Assembly (NCBI GenBank): GCA_964388155.1
Contig: CAYLYH010000007.1
Location: forward strand, 5,679-69,678
Reading direction: 5' to 3'
Length of the DNA stretch: 64,000 nt
From: an uncultured bacterium
GTDB taxonomy: Bacteria > Fidelibacterota > Marinisomatia > Marinisomatales > JACNKV01
Positions 37,799 through 46,935 of the stretch are shown piece after piece. The number at the start of each line of letters is the position of its first letter. Position 1 is the first letter of the stretch. The notes below the pieces were generated by a model that was not told where the DNA came from, did no database searches, and worked only from the letters and a program-made list of their open reading frames with translations. The translations under genes were made by a program, and so were the position numbers.

Positions 37799-40700
37799 CT
37801 ATCGAATCAGCATCATTTTTTTATAATCAACAAAGTTTCCGGCTTTGATTCGGTAAAAATATGCACCGGATCCAACCATTTGATGTTTATCATTCTTTCC
37901 ATCCCATGTCAGGATGTGTGTTCCACTCGTAAACTCATTATTTACAAGTGTACGAACTTGTCTGCCAAGAACATCGTAAATCACCAATCGAACCGGACTA
38001 TCCGTCCTCAAGCTAAACCGAATTTGTGTCTCCGGGTTAAAAGGATTGGGATAATTGTGGTACAATGCAAATTCATTGGGTGTCGCTCCGTTGTCATCAA
38101 TACTCACCTGCGTATACACAATATCTGATGCATAGAGCGGACATAGTTTATAGGCAGTGGAATCTGCATAACTCCCAAAGTGATGATACACCCACCCGCG
38201 AATGGAATCAACCTGTGTGTCCACGGGCGGCGGGCCTACAGCTTCAAAATAAACTTCTACACTATCGGAGTCATCATCTATCAACGCAGCACCCGACCCG
38301 TCATCAACTGCAAAGACTTCATAGAGTAAATCATTGTTGGTCACAATACCGTCTTTGATTTTTACCATGACTGTTCCCCATTGTTCGGCTTCAGTCGGCC
38401 AGCGTAAATCACCGGTGGCCACAACAGGTTCTGCAGGCATATTTAATCCCATATCAACAAGATCAACGGGTTCCGTAATGAATAACTCTGTCATGTTAGA
38501 CCCCGCAGTTGCATACTCAGAAATGAACCCTGTAGCCAGAATGAGATCACCTTCAAATAAAACAGGGAAGGCACTGCTGTCGGGATCGTAGGACAAAATA
38601 CCGCTCCAGGGACCGCCGTGCGAATCTGCAAAAATGAACTTTACACCATCTCCGGCATAACTTAATCCTGTGGGCATTGTAACTATTCCGACAATGGTAA
38701 CAGTATCCCCCGCAAAGTAAGACATATCAGACTCTGAATCCGTTGCTGTTTTCAGTAAATCACTATACAACACCTGTTGGATATACTGAATGCGCACGGC
38801 TCCGTCTTCTTTCACATCTCGGGCAAGACGCGGTTGAATCTTGGTATTGCTATAACCATAATCAAGGACACCGACGACTTCAGCTAAGGCTTGTCCTGCC
38901 TCAGGCCAATAGTAATAATCCCAATTATCGTCCACGCGTACAGAGTTACTGCCGTCGGATACAGACCATTCGCCATATCCAAGGTCTGCTTCGTCTACGG
39001 TTACGTCTGTCAGTTTAACCAAAACACCTTCATAAGCTTCTGCACCGGTACCGTCTGACATAATTTGATCAGGCGCAACGTCCAAAGGATGGATTACTCC
39101 TCCTGCAGGACCGTACACCACCACATCTGTGACATTAGTGATTTCGGTTTTTCCGTAGTATTCAACCACTTCACCAATGACAACGACACTGTCACCTTCG
39201 GCTAAAGAGGTTACAACGTCCCCGAGTGCATTATGCAGTTCGAAGTTATCCCAACCACCGTATTCGAAAACAACAATTCCGCAGTAGGGCGCTTCGTCAT
39301 CCTGAACATAAAAATTCCGATTATCGGATCCACCCCAGAATTCAGCAGTGACAATCCCTCCGACGGTCACTATTTGCCCAACCAAAGGGGAATCCCCTGA
39401 TGGATCATCCGTGTACTGGATATCATATATCGCGGTGAGAGACTCGGGCGCATGAACCACATAAATGTAATTCTCTGAAAAAACCGTGTCATTCACTCCG
39501 TCATCTGCCTGGATGTAAAACGTAACTAACGCAGCATCCGTCTGTGCCGGAATGTCTCCTGTAAATGTCATTCCGTCATCACTTGTCATCTCAACAGGAA
39601 TCAAATCACCATCATCAACCGTGTAAACGAGTGATGCCGTCAAAGAACCATCGTCCACTATTTCAGCAGTAATGGTCACAATATCATCCGGCGTGGGATT
39701 CTCCGGAGCATACACCACATTCGTAATCACAGGTGTTATATCTCCCAGCACAACAATGTCGGAATAGAATCGTGGCAGAATTTGATACCCGGAATCATAC
39801 GGGTCACTCGAATCATACTGACCAGAAATTCCGGTCAATTCGAATGTTCCTTGTGGTTCCATTCCTTCATCAACATCTGTATCTTTATCCACCCGCATCG
39901 TTACGGTGGTATCACTAATATCTGTAATTGTCAGATTCGCATCGCTACCGGAATTTGGCCATGTTCCATCAAATATTGTCGCTGTCATGATTCGAAGTAT
40001 TTCCGATTCATACGATTCCGGGTTTGCCAGAAATTCCGCTATCGTTACTTCCTGAGCGGCTGGAAGCAGATTTCCCTGACTTATGATTGTAATATCCGCT
40101 ACATCAGCGGGGACAATTTCTGCTTTACCATTGTAATTCTCAATCACGCCGGTTACGACAATAAAATCACCAATTTGCAGATCCATCGTTTCGCCATATT
40201 TAAACAACGCTATCCCGCCTGTGGCATCCTGTAAACCGTAATCAATTCGGTTAGATCCCCAGACAGGAGTCGTAATAAATCCCTGCGTTGAAACGACGGT
40301 CCCTTCGGCGGCATTGCGGGCATCGTATATTGATACCATGTTTTCGTCAGGTGTTTCTATGTCGGTTTGATACCGAGGAATAATCTGGTAGCCCTCATCC
40401 TGGGGTTCAGAATAATCATACTGACCTACTGTTCCCTTAAGATGGAAAAACCCAACCGGTGCCGGTCCGTCATCCACATCCGAATGCCGGTCAACGCGAA
40501 GTGTCAATGCTGTAATTCCACCATCGTCAGAAATAGTCACGTTAGCATTATTGCCTGAGTCCGGCCAGTCTCCGGAAATGATTTCAACATTGAATACCTG
40601 CACAAGTTCAGATTCCAGTGACTCAGGAGCCGTTAACAATCCTGATAACGTCATGGATTGGAATTCCGGTAAATCATTCCCCTGGCTTTCTACAATCACA

Positions 40701-40999
40701 TCTCCGACAGCCTCGGGGACAACCTCAAGTTTACCGTTATAATTCTGAATTTCTCCTGTAACCGTCACAAGGTCACCCGGGAGTAATCCGGCGTCAAACT
40801 GGTTTGTGTAAATAATGATGGCAGCTGTTTCATCCTGAATGGTAAAATCACTTTCACCAGAACTACCCAGGTTGGGTGTGGTTACTATTCCGCTGGTGGT
40901 TACCGTATTCCCAAGCTCCAACCTTGCTTCCGCAACGGTCAGAGTTTGCGCCAGAGAAACCGACACACCAACCATCAATATGATGAGCATTTTCTTCAT
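37799..40999 (-). CDS. large T9SS cargo protein with four OB-fold-like repeat modules and a C-terminal sorting domain
   Basis: The ATG at 40999 is preceded by AAGGAGA, and a signal peptide (MKKMLIILMVGVSVSLAQ) follows. The repeated core is G.VTTP...f.iQD..ggI......gD.v.VtG.i..YnGK.Ei.P. The C-terminus YHNYPNPFNPETQIRFSL...GAYFYRIKAG...MMLIR is a classic Por secretion tail. Confidence 0.8.
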   Translation of the reverse strand: MKKMLIILMVGVSVSLAQTLTVAEARLELGNTVTTSGIVTTPNLGSSGESDFTIQDETAAIIIYTNQFDAGLLPGDLVTVTGEIQNYNGKLEVVPEAVGDVIVESQGNDLPEFQSMTLSGLLTAPESLESELVQVFNVEIISGDWPDSGNNANVTISDDGGITALTLRVDRHSDVDDGPAPVGFFHLKGTVGQYDYSEPQDEGYQIIPRYQTDIETPDENMVSIYDARNAAEGTVVSTQGFITTPVWGSNRIDYGLQDATGGIALFKYGETMDLQIGDFIVVTGVIENYNGKAEIVPADVADITIISQGNLLPAAQEVTIAEFLANPESYESEILRIMTATIFDGTWPNSGSDANLTITDISDTTVTMRVDKDTDVDEGMEPQGTFELTGISGQYDSSDPYDSGYQILPRFYSDIVVLGDITPVITNVVYAPENPTPDDIVTITAEIVDDGSLTASLVYTVDDGDLIPVEMTSDDGMTFTGDIPAQTDAALVTFYIQADDGVNDTVFSENYIYVVHAPESLTAIYDIQYTDDPSGDSPLVGQIVTVGGIVTAEFWGGSDNRNFYVQDDEAPYCGIVVFEYGGWDNFELHNALGDVVTSLAEGDSVVVIGEVVEYYGKTEITNVTDVVVYGPAGGVIHPLDVAPDQIMSDGTGAEAYEGVLVKLTDVTVDEADLGYGEWSVSDGSNSVRVDDNWDYYYWPEAGQALAEVVGVLDYGYSNTKIQPRLARDVKEDGAVRIQYIQQVLYSDLLKTATDSESDMSYFAGDTVTIVGIVTMPTGLSYAGDGVKFIFADSHGGPWSGILSYDPDSSAFPVLFEGDLILATGFISEYATAGSNMTELFITEPVDLVDMGLNMPAEPVVATGDLRWPTEAEQWGTVMVKIKDGIVTNNDLLYEVFAVDDGSGAALIDDDSDSVEVYFEAVGPPPVDTQVDSIRGWVYHHFGSYADSTAYKLCPLYASDIVYTQVSIDDNGATPNEFALYHNYPNPFNPETQIRFSLRTDSPVRLVIYDVLGRQVRTLVNNEFTSGTHILTWDGKNDKHQMVGSGAYFYRIKAGNFVDYKKMMLIR

Positions 41000-41084
41000 A
41001 CCTATCTCCTTCTTAGTTATGTCTTTCATCAAACAATCCATCTCCCGTACGAATGATCTTTTGTCGGATTGTTATTGTCAGACA

Positions 41085-43235
41085 CTATTTAATGATCAGA
41101 AATTTACCCTCCTTAACTTTTCCATAGGATAAGCTTTCATGATCCAAATTTTCTACGGTAAATAAATACAGCCCGGAAGCCGTCGCCTGATCGTATCGTG
41201 TGATCATATCCCACGCATGCTCTCCTCCGCTGAACTGTGGATATTTGTTCTCGTCAATGTTTTTGACATCCCCCCCCGCATAGGTTATATCATGATGTAA
41301 AATATCTACCAAATCACCTGCTAAGGTAAAAATTCTTATTTCTGCTTTTTGGGGGAGATGATTGAACCAAATGATTTTTTCACGGCTGCTATATCCGTCC
41401 CACAGTGCTTGTCCCCGATAAGGGTTTGGATAGACGGACGGTGAATCTGTCCATGCTCCTGTTTGAGGTTTTACCCCGGGGTAAACAAATTGCCGGTTAG
41501 CATAAAGCGAACTTTCTAAGCTCAATAGATTTGCCTCCGGATCGCCGCGGTCAAACGCTGTAACTGCATAATAATTCAACCAGCCATTTTTCACGCCATC
41601 ATTAACAAAACGGTAATGATAATATTCTCCATCAATTTCGATACTGTCCGGCTCACCATAGATATTCGCAATGCGCACCGGACTAAATCCTGAGTTATAT
41701 CCTACATTTCCTGATTCACCGTCCACTTTGTCAAATTCTCCAAGCAGTGAGAATTCAATATCAGTATCTGTGGAGGTTTTCCGCGCGCCGTATATTCGAT
41801 AGCCTTCAAAATCTTTCTCTCTGCTAATTGGATCTATAAAGGATTCTGCATTATTCTGCCAATAAATTGCGACAGATTTGTCGCTGACATCAATGGCAAC
41901 ATTCGGGACAGGTGGAGGCTCAGGTAAAATATATCGGTCAATGATTCCATTTTCATTCAGGTCTTCGTTGATGTCTAATATATTATTTCGGTTTTTATCC
42001 TCTCCGTCATACGCTTTTTGTGCCCAATCTGCATTCACATAAAGATTGGTACGGCGTTCGGGAGAATCCTCAGTAGAGCCATCCCATCGCGCCGCAACCA
42101 CTGCCATCACAATATTACAGGAGGAATCCGGAGGAAGCTGCCAATCCGCGGAATCTGCGGAGGTCGGCTCGCTGCCAAAGGGACCGGCAGACACTAAAAA
42201 CAACCAGCTGTTGGTATTGTTTGGATATCCGTCTGAATTATACAACTCAGGGTCTGTGCCGAGCGGAACATCCGATGTCATTTTTTCGTATCGTTCCGCG
42301 TCTGTCAATGGCATATTGTATGCAGGGTAATCTGCGTTATTTGAATTTGTCCACACCCATTGATTGTAATGCGTTTGAAGATAGGATTTCGGGACGGTAC
42401 TTCCCAACATTGTTATCCCGATATAAGATTCCGCCCAACCATCATCACCATCTGCATCGTATTGATATGCAATATCTCTCGTAAATCCGGATTCATCAAC
42501 CGAACGATCAAACCCATCAAGATTGTCATACCATGAAAATCCGCCTCCCGGTGTGTATGTATCTGTATAATTCATGTTTGCAACGGAAGCATCTGTCCAT
42601 ATTCCGGCGTAGAGATTATTAATCATTTCATTTGAACGATTGGTAATTGTGTAGTTTAAAACCACAAAGGCATCTGCAAATGAAAAATTCCAAGCATACG
42701 ACTCCAATTGGATATCAATACCTAATGGCGTGTGTTCGGTGATATTGTTATTATCACCCGGAGTTAAGCCATAATCCCGAAAATGAGTTAGAAAGTCCTG
42801 ATGAGAAACAGCATAAGGAGAAAAATATTGCGCCATCGAATCTTGTGACGTCGATGAGATGGATGATCGTATCTGAAGGTCTGATTCGGCAAACAATTCA
42901 AATCCTTCATCGCCGGAATCAAATACACCATCCACAATGGCGGTAGATACGCGCCGTTCCTCGTTGACAACACCACCAATCCAAAGTCCTGCAAATGAAA
43001 AATGTTCTACTTGCTCCCGCTGAATTTCTGTGTGTTGTTTATATTGACAGGAGGGTAGGATTTTTCCGTTGATTTTATTCCATCCGTTTCCAAGTATCCC
43101 AAAATTTGTTACCGTCAGCCCCAATTGACCAACGGATGTATATTGATCAAAAATATCCTCCGCATATTGGGCATGCAATGCCAGGGGAAGACAAACGGAT
43201 AGCACTAATTGAAGTATGAGAATCTGATTCTTCAT
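41085..43235 (-). CDS. hypothetical secreted protein with FN3-like module and T9SS-type C-terminal domain
   Basis: The ATG at 43235 opens MKNQILILQLVLSVCLPLALHAQ. A Ca-binding-like DKNRNNILDINEDLNENGIID loop is present. AIDVSDKSVAIYWQ...FEGYRIYG looks like FN3. The C-terminus is VYPNPYRG...IRIFTLAGDLV...SGLYLFTV...GKFLIIK. Confidence 0.65.
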   Translation of the reverse strand: MKNQILILQLVLSVCLPLALHAQYAEDIFDQYTSVGQLGLTVTNFGILGNGWNKINGKILPSCQYKQHTEIQREQVEHFSFAGLWIGGVVNEERRVSTAIVDGVFDSGDEGFELFAESDLQIRSSISSTSQDSMAQYFSPYAVSHQDFLTHFRDYGLTPGDNNNITEHTPLGIDIQLESYAWNFSFADAFVVLNYTITNRSNEMINNLYAGIWTDASVANMNYTDTYTPGGGFSWYDNLDGFDRSVDESGFTRDIAYQYDADGDDGWAESYIGITMLGSTVPKSYLQTHYNQWVWTNSNNADYPAYNMPLTDAERYEKMTSDVPLGTDPELYNSDGYPNNTNSWLFLVSAGPFGSEPTSADSADWQLPPDSSCNIVMAVVAARWDGSTEDSPERRTNLYVNADWAQKAYDGEDKNRNNILDINEDLNENGIIDRYILPEPPPVPNVAIDVSDKSVAIYWQNNAESFIDPISREKDFEGYRIYGARKTSTDTDIEFSLLGEFDKVDGESGNVGYNSGFSPVRIANIYGEPDSIEIDGEYYHYRFVNDGVKNGWLNYYAVTAFDRGDPEANLLSLESSLYANRQFVYPGVKPQTGAWTDSPSVYPNPYRGQALWDGYSSREKIIWFNHLPQKAEIRIFTLAGDLVDILHHDITYAGGDVKNIDENKYPQFSGGEHAWDMITRYDQATASGLYLFTVENLDHESLSYGKVKEGKFLIIK

Positions 43236-43565
43236 TGATGAAGCAATGCAAACTATATCCCAGCAGAATTCTAATAAAATACTGGGGGACAAATTACAGC
43301 TTTGGAGTACGGGAGTCAATCAATACCGACACAAATCCTCATTAGTTTGGGCAATGATAAACCGCCTGTTTAAAGGTAGCGGACAGGGAATATTAGAACC
43401 TGTAATTTATCCGGAAGACATTACTGTTAAGGAAATAATTTTCAGGGTGAATAAGTATAATAAAAATAGTGTTAATCGCTATTTTTCTAATATGCACAGT
43501 GGTTAATTGTTCTTATTTTCTATCGTGTTTTTCTTCTCTTATCCACACAATAAACAAGGACATTT

Positions 43566-44753
43566 ATGGGACATCTTCTCGATTCAAATCACACATTAGT
43601 TCCGCTCATCGATCGGCTGAATAAATATCCGATCGGCGTGGTAGACAGTGAAATCCTCAGAGAATTATTATCACTGCTGTTTTCAGAGGAAGAAGCCTTC
43701 GTTGCTTCAAAATTCCCCTTAACAGAAGCCACACTAAAAGAACTCTCCATAGCAACAAAGATGGAGGAGGGAGACCTCTTGCCGGTGTTAGAATCCATGG
43801 CGGATAAAGGGATTATCATGGATTTACCCTATAACGGAGGAGTGTTTTATTTGCTCATGCCCGGGACTATCGGGTTTTTTGAATTCACGTTTATGAAAAA
43901 CCGCACGGACCTTCCGCTTGAAAAAGTGGCAAAACTGATGGATGAGTATTTTACCGACAGAGAAAAAGGGCACGGTCAGGAATTTTTCGGGAGCAAAACA
44001 CCTCTGACACGCTCACTCCCCTACCAGGAACATATTCCGGTAACCAGTGTCATTACAGATTATGAAAGTGCCCGCAACATTATTAAAAATGCAAAGTTTG
44101 GTGCGGTAAGTATGTGTTATTGCCGCCATCAAAAAGAGCATACCGGCGGTACCTGTAAAAAAGGGGCGCCAGTGGAAGGAATTTGTATCTCCCTGGGGAC
44201 AGGAGCAACCTTTTTAGCCCGGCGAGGATTTGCAGAAGAAAAAACTAAAGATGAACTTTTGAAGATCATTGAAAAAGCTCACCAATTAAATCTGACGCAT
44301 ATCACGGATAATGTTCGCAATAAACCGACGTTTATCTGCAATTGCTGCGGGTGCTGCTGCCATATTATGGAAGGAATCCAAGCCGGGTATATCAACGGTG
44401 TGGGGAAAACCAACTATCTGGCAACGATTAATCCCGAATTGTGCGACTATTGCGGAGAATGTTTTACCGCATGCAATCCTCATGCAATCGGTTTGGATAA
44501 ATCCAAAGATTATAAAAACAGAGCCGACAGAAAGAGTCGGGTAAATACGGACATATGTTTAGGATGCGGAGCCTGTATTTCATCCTGTAAACACGGAGCG
44601 ATCTCCCTGATCCCGCGCGAAAACCCACCAAAATTAATTGAAAGAAAACGGGATTTGTTTAAAACCATCCTCCGCGAAAAAGGGCGATTAAACCCGTTTA
44701 TCATTGAGGGAATAAAGAAAAAAGTTAAACGAACGTTTCGAATACAGGGATAA
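43566..44753 (+). CDS. 4Fe-4S dicluster protein with additional Cys-dense motif
   Basis: It has two ferredoxin motifs (CDYCGECFTACNPHAI; CLGCGACISSCKHGAI), plus CYCRHQKEHTGGTC and CNCCGCCCH. The N-terminal 130 aa are unassigned. Confidence 0.75.
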   Translation: MGHLLDSNHTLVPLIDRLNKYPIGVVDSEILRELLSLLFSEEEAFVASKFPLTEATLKELSIATKMEEGDLLPVLESMADKGIIMDLPYNGGVFYLLMPGTIGFFEFTFMKNRTDLPLEKVAKLMDEYFTDREKGHGQEFFGSKTPLTRSLPYQEHIPVTSVITDYESARNIIKNAKFGAVSMCYCRHQKEHTGGTCKKGAPVEGICISLGTGATFLARRGFAEEKTKDELLKIIEKAHQLNLTHITDNVRNKPTFICNCCGCCCHIMEGIQAGYINGVGKTNYLATINPELCDYCGECFTACNPHAIGLDKSKDYKNRADRKSRVNTDICLGCGACISSCKHGAISLIPRENPPKLIERKRDLFKTILREKGRLNPFIIEGIKKKVKRTFRIQG

Positions 44754-44949
44754 AACAATAGGCTAAGTTCCCTGATATACAACACATGGTTGGATGTGCG
44801 GTAATTAATCTTCATTCACTCTACGCTTCTCTATGAATGATAAATTCATTACGATTGACAAGGTGGTGAGTGGTTTTTACCGTCATGCTCTGATCACCAT
44901 ATTTCCTTTTTCCTAAGAGAATGATTGGTCAAAAAAACAAACCACTATA

Positions 44950-45039
44950 TCATCCCGAAGCTTACAGTCCCGGGCACGTCTTCAGATTCCGCCTTAGGGT
45001 AACACGAAGTGTCGTGAGAAGAATGACTGAGGGATCTAC
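44950..45039 (-). repeat. R1 repeat, third copy (reverse orientation)
   Basis: The reverse complement reads GTAGATCCCTCAGTCATTCTTCTCACGACACTTCGTG...CCCGGGACTGTAAGCTTCGGGATGA, with a 28-nt internal insertion related to the one in the 18627-18737 copy. Confidence 0.8.
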
Positions 45040-45098
45040 GTAATTAAACCTGATACAATTGAATAAAACACAAAACTTAACTCTGCATACAAAAAATG

Positions 45099-45125
45099 TA
45101 GATTCTTCACTCCGTTCAGAATGAC
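45099..45125 (-). repeat. R2 repeat copy (reverse orientation)
   Basis: TAGATTCTTCACTCCGTTCAGAATGAC is the reverse complement of GTCATTCTGAACGGAGTGAAGAATCTA. Confidence 0.75.
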
Positions 45126-45318
45126 AGTGTTTTTTTTGATCATTATAAAACCCTAAAGGGAGCAGACGGACCCGCCGCTATGCTCTCGGCAGGCGGATCG
45201 AAATGACAGCGACAGGTGAATAGTAGAATTGGTTGATTAGATACACAATGCTGTGATGAACCTTAAATAAGAATATTTATAATTAAGGGATACACTGCAT
45301 AACTTAATTATATATTAT

Positions 45319-45368
45319 TATATTTAAGATACATATTGCTTTACTTAAATATAAAATGTTATATTTAA
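45319..45368 (+). promoter_or_regulatory. operator-like triple TATATTTAA motif directly upstream of the Fic gene
   Basis: TATATTTAAG (45319-45328) has an exact inverse, CTTAAATATA (45344-45353). A third direct copy, TATATTTAA (45360-45368), ends 3 nt before the GTG start. Confidence 0.4.
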
Positions 45369-45371
45369 AGT

Positions 45372-46502
45372 GTGGATACATTTAAATCAGGCACATTTCA
45401 AAGGCAGGGTGGCTACAAATCTTTTTCCCCGGAAAAGATCAATAAGCAATGGATTATATCTAATCCTGAAATACAAGATCTATTGGGACAAGCAAACAGG
45501 GAATTAGGGCGGTTGGATATGTTCAGTGAATATGTCCCTGACATTGATTTGTTTATCTATTTACACACCGTAAAAGAGGCCACGCAATCATCAAAGATTG
45601 AAGGGACACAAACGCGTGCCGAAGACTTGTTTGTAGATGATGTCAATCAAACTCCTGAAAAGCGTTTGGATAAAATCGAAGTTTTAAATTATATAACAGC
45701 ATTAAATGATGGAATTGAAAAACTTTCGCAACTTCCACTATCAACGCGTTTAATTAAAAAATTGCATTTTACACTCATGCAGGGGGTTAGGGGAAAGGAT
45801 AAAACACCGGGCGAGTATCGAAGGAGTCAAAATTGGATAGGAGGTGCCACCTTAAAAGATGCCGGTTTTATACCGCCACACCATTTGGACGTGAATCCGC
45901 TAATAGGAGATTTGGAAAAGTTTATCCATAACATTGAAATCCATGTACCCCATTTAATTAAAATAGCTATTGTCCACTACCAATTCGAAACTATCCATCC
46001 ATTTTTGGATGGCAACGGGAGGGTGGGGCGATTAATGATACCATTATATCTTGCAGAAAATAAATTACTCAAAAAGCCCGTTTTATATTTATCAGATTAT
46101 TTAGAAAAACATCGTCAACTTTATTATGACCATTTAATGAACACACGTCTAAAATCGGACTTAACCCCGTGGTTGAAGTTTTTTTTAGTTGGTATCATTG
46201 AAACGGCTAAAAATAGTATTAAAACTTTCGATGCCATATTAAAACTGCAAAACACATTAGATAAAAAGATCGCTGCTTTTGGCAGAAGAAGTATTCATGT
46301 TAAAAAATTAATTGAACGCTTGTATGAAAACCCGGTTATAAACAGCACCGCCACCGTTAAATTATTACAAGTATCAAATCCCACAGGCATAAAACTATTG
46401 GCGGATTTAGAAAAAGCAGGAATTCTTGTGGAAATCACCGGGCAAGCACGAAATCGCTCCTATTTGTTTGAAGAATATATGAGATGTTTTTTCAATGAAT
46501 AA
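45372..46502 (+). CDS. Fic family protein (class II, N-terminal inhibitory helix, C-terminal wHTH-like domain)
   Basis: The Fic motif HPFLDGNGRVGRL and the inhibitory motif SSKIEG ([ST]xxxE[GN]) upstream of the core are both present. The start codon is GTG. Confidence 0.92.
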   Translation: MDTFKSGTFQRQGGYKSFSPEKINKQWIISNPEIQDLLGQANRELGRLDMFSEYVPDIDLFIYLHTVKEATQSSKIEGTQTRAEDLFVDDVNQTPEKRLDKIEVLNYITALNDGIEKLSQLPLSTRLIKKLHFTLMQGVRGKDKTPGEYRRSQNWIGGATLKDAGFIPPHHLDVNPLIGDLEKFIHNIEIHVPHLIKIAIVHYQFETIHPFLDGNGRVGRLMIPLYLAENKLLKKPVLYLSDYLEKHRQLYYDHLMNTRLKSDLTPWLKFFLVGIIETAKNSIKTFDAILKLQNTLDKKIAAFGRRSIHVKKLIERLYENPVINSTATVKLLQVSNPTGIKLLADLEKAGILVEITGQARNRSYLFEEYMRCFFNE

Positions 46503-46699
46503 GCCAACGCACCCTTTCCCCAACCACTGGCAGGAAACCCTACTCCCTTCTCCAATCCGGGGGGTTCAATGAGACCTAACTGGAAAAAACCGCTTTATGC
46601 TATAAATTCATAAACAACATAAAATAAATTGTCATAAATTCCGACAGTTTAAGACCGTGATTTAAACCGACTTGCAGCGGTCAAAAAGAACAAGCTAAG

Positions 46700-46733
46700 C
46701 CGGGGACAGAAGAGTCCTGCCGGGCTCTTTTTT
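46700..46733 (+). terminator. intrinsic terminator candidate downstream of fic
   Basis: CCGGGGAC-agaaga-GTCC-tg-CCGG is followed by GCTC and TTTTTT. Confidence 0.5.
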
Positions 46734-46858
46734 GATTCCGGGCTATTTGAAAAAAACAGCATCAAGAACACCCATAAATATGGGTTGCCAACCGAGTCCT
46801 TTGAGGATCACGGTGGTTATTCCGATAAACGGAAGATGTGCGGTCAGCCGAAAAATAC

Positions 46859-46883
46859 AAACCTGCTTTTCGGCGGGTTTTTT
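46859..46883 (+). terminator. intrinsic terminator candidate (orphan)
   Basis: AAACCTGC-ttttcg-GCGGGTTT is followed by a T-run. No ORF I would call lies between this terminator and the previous one. Confidence 0.5.
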
Positions 46884-46935
46884 ATTTTTATGACCTCTTG
46901 ATGTGATCGAAACCCAACATGAAAGGAAACAGATC

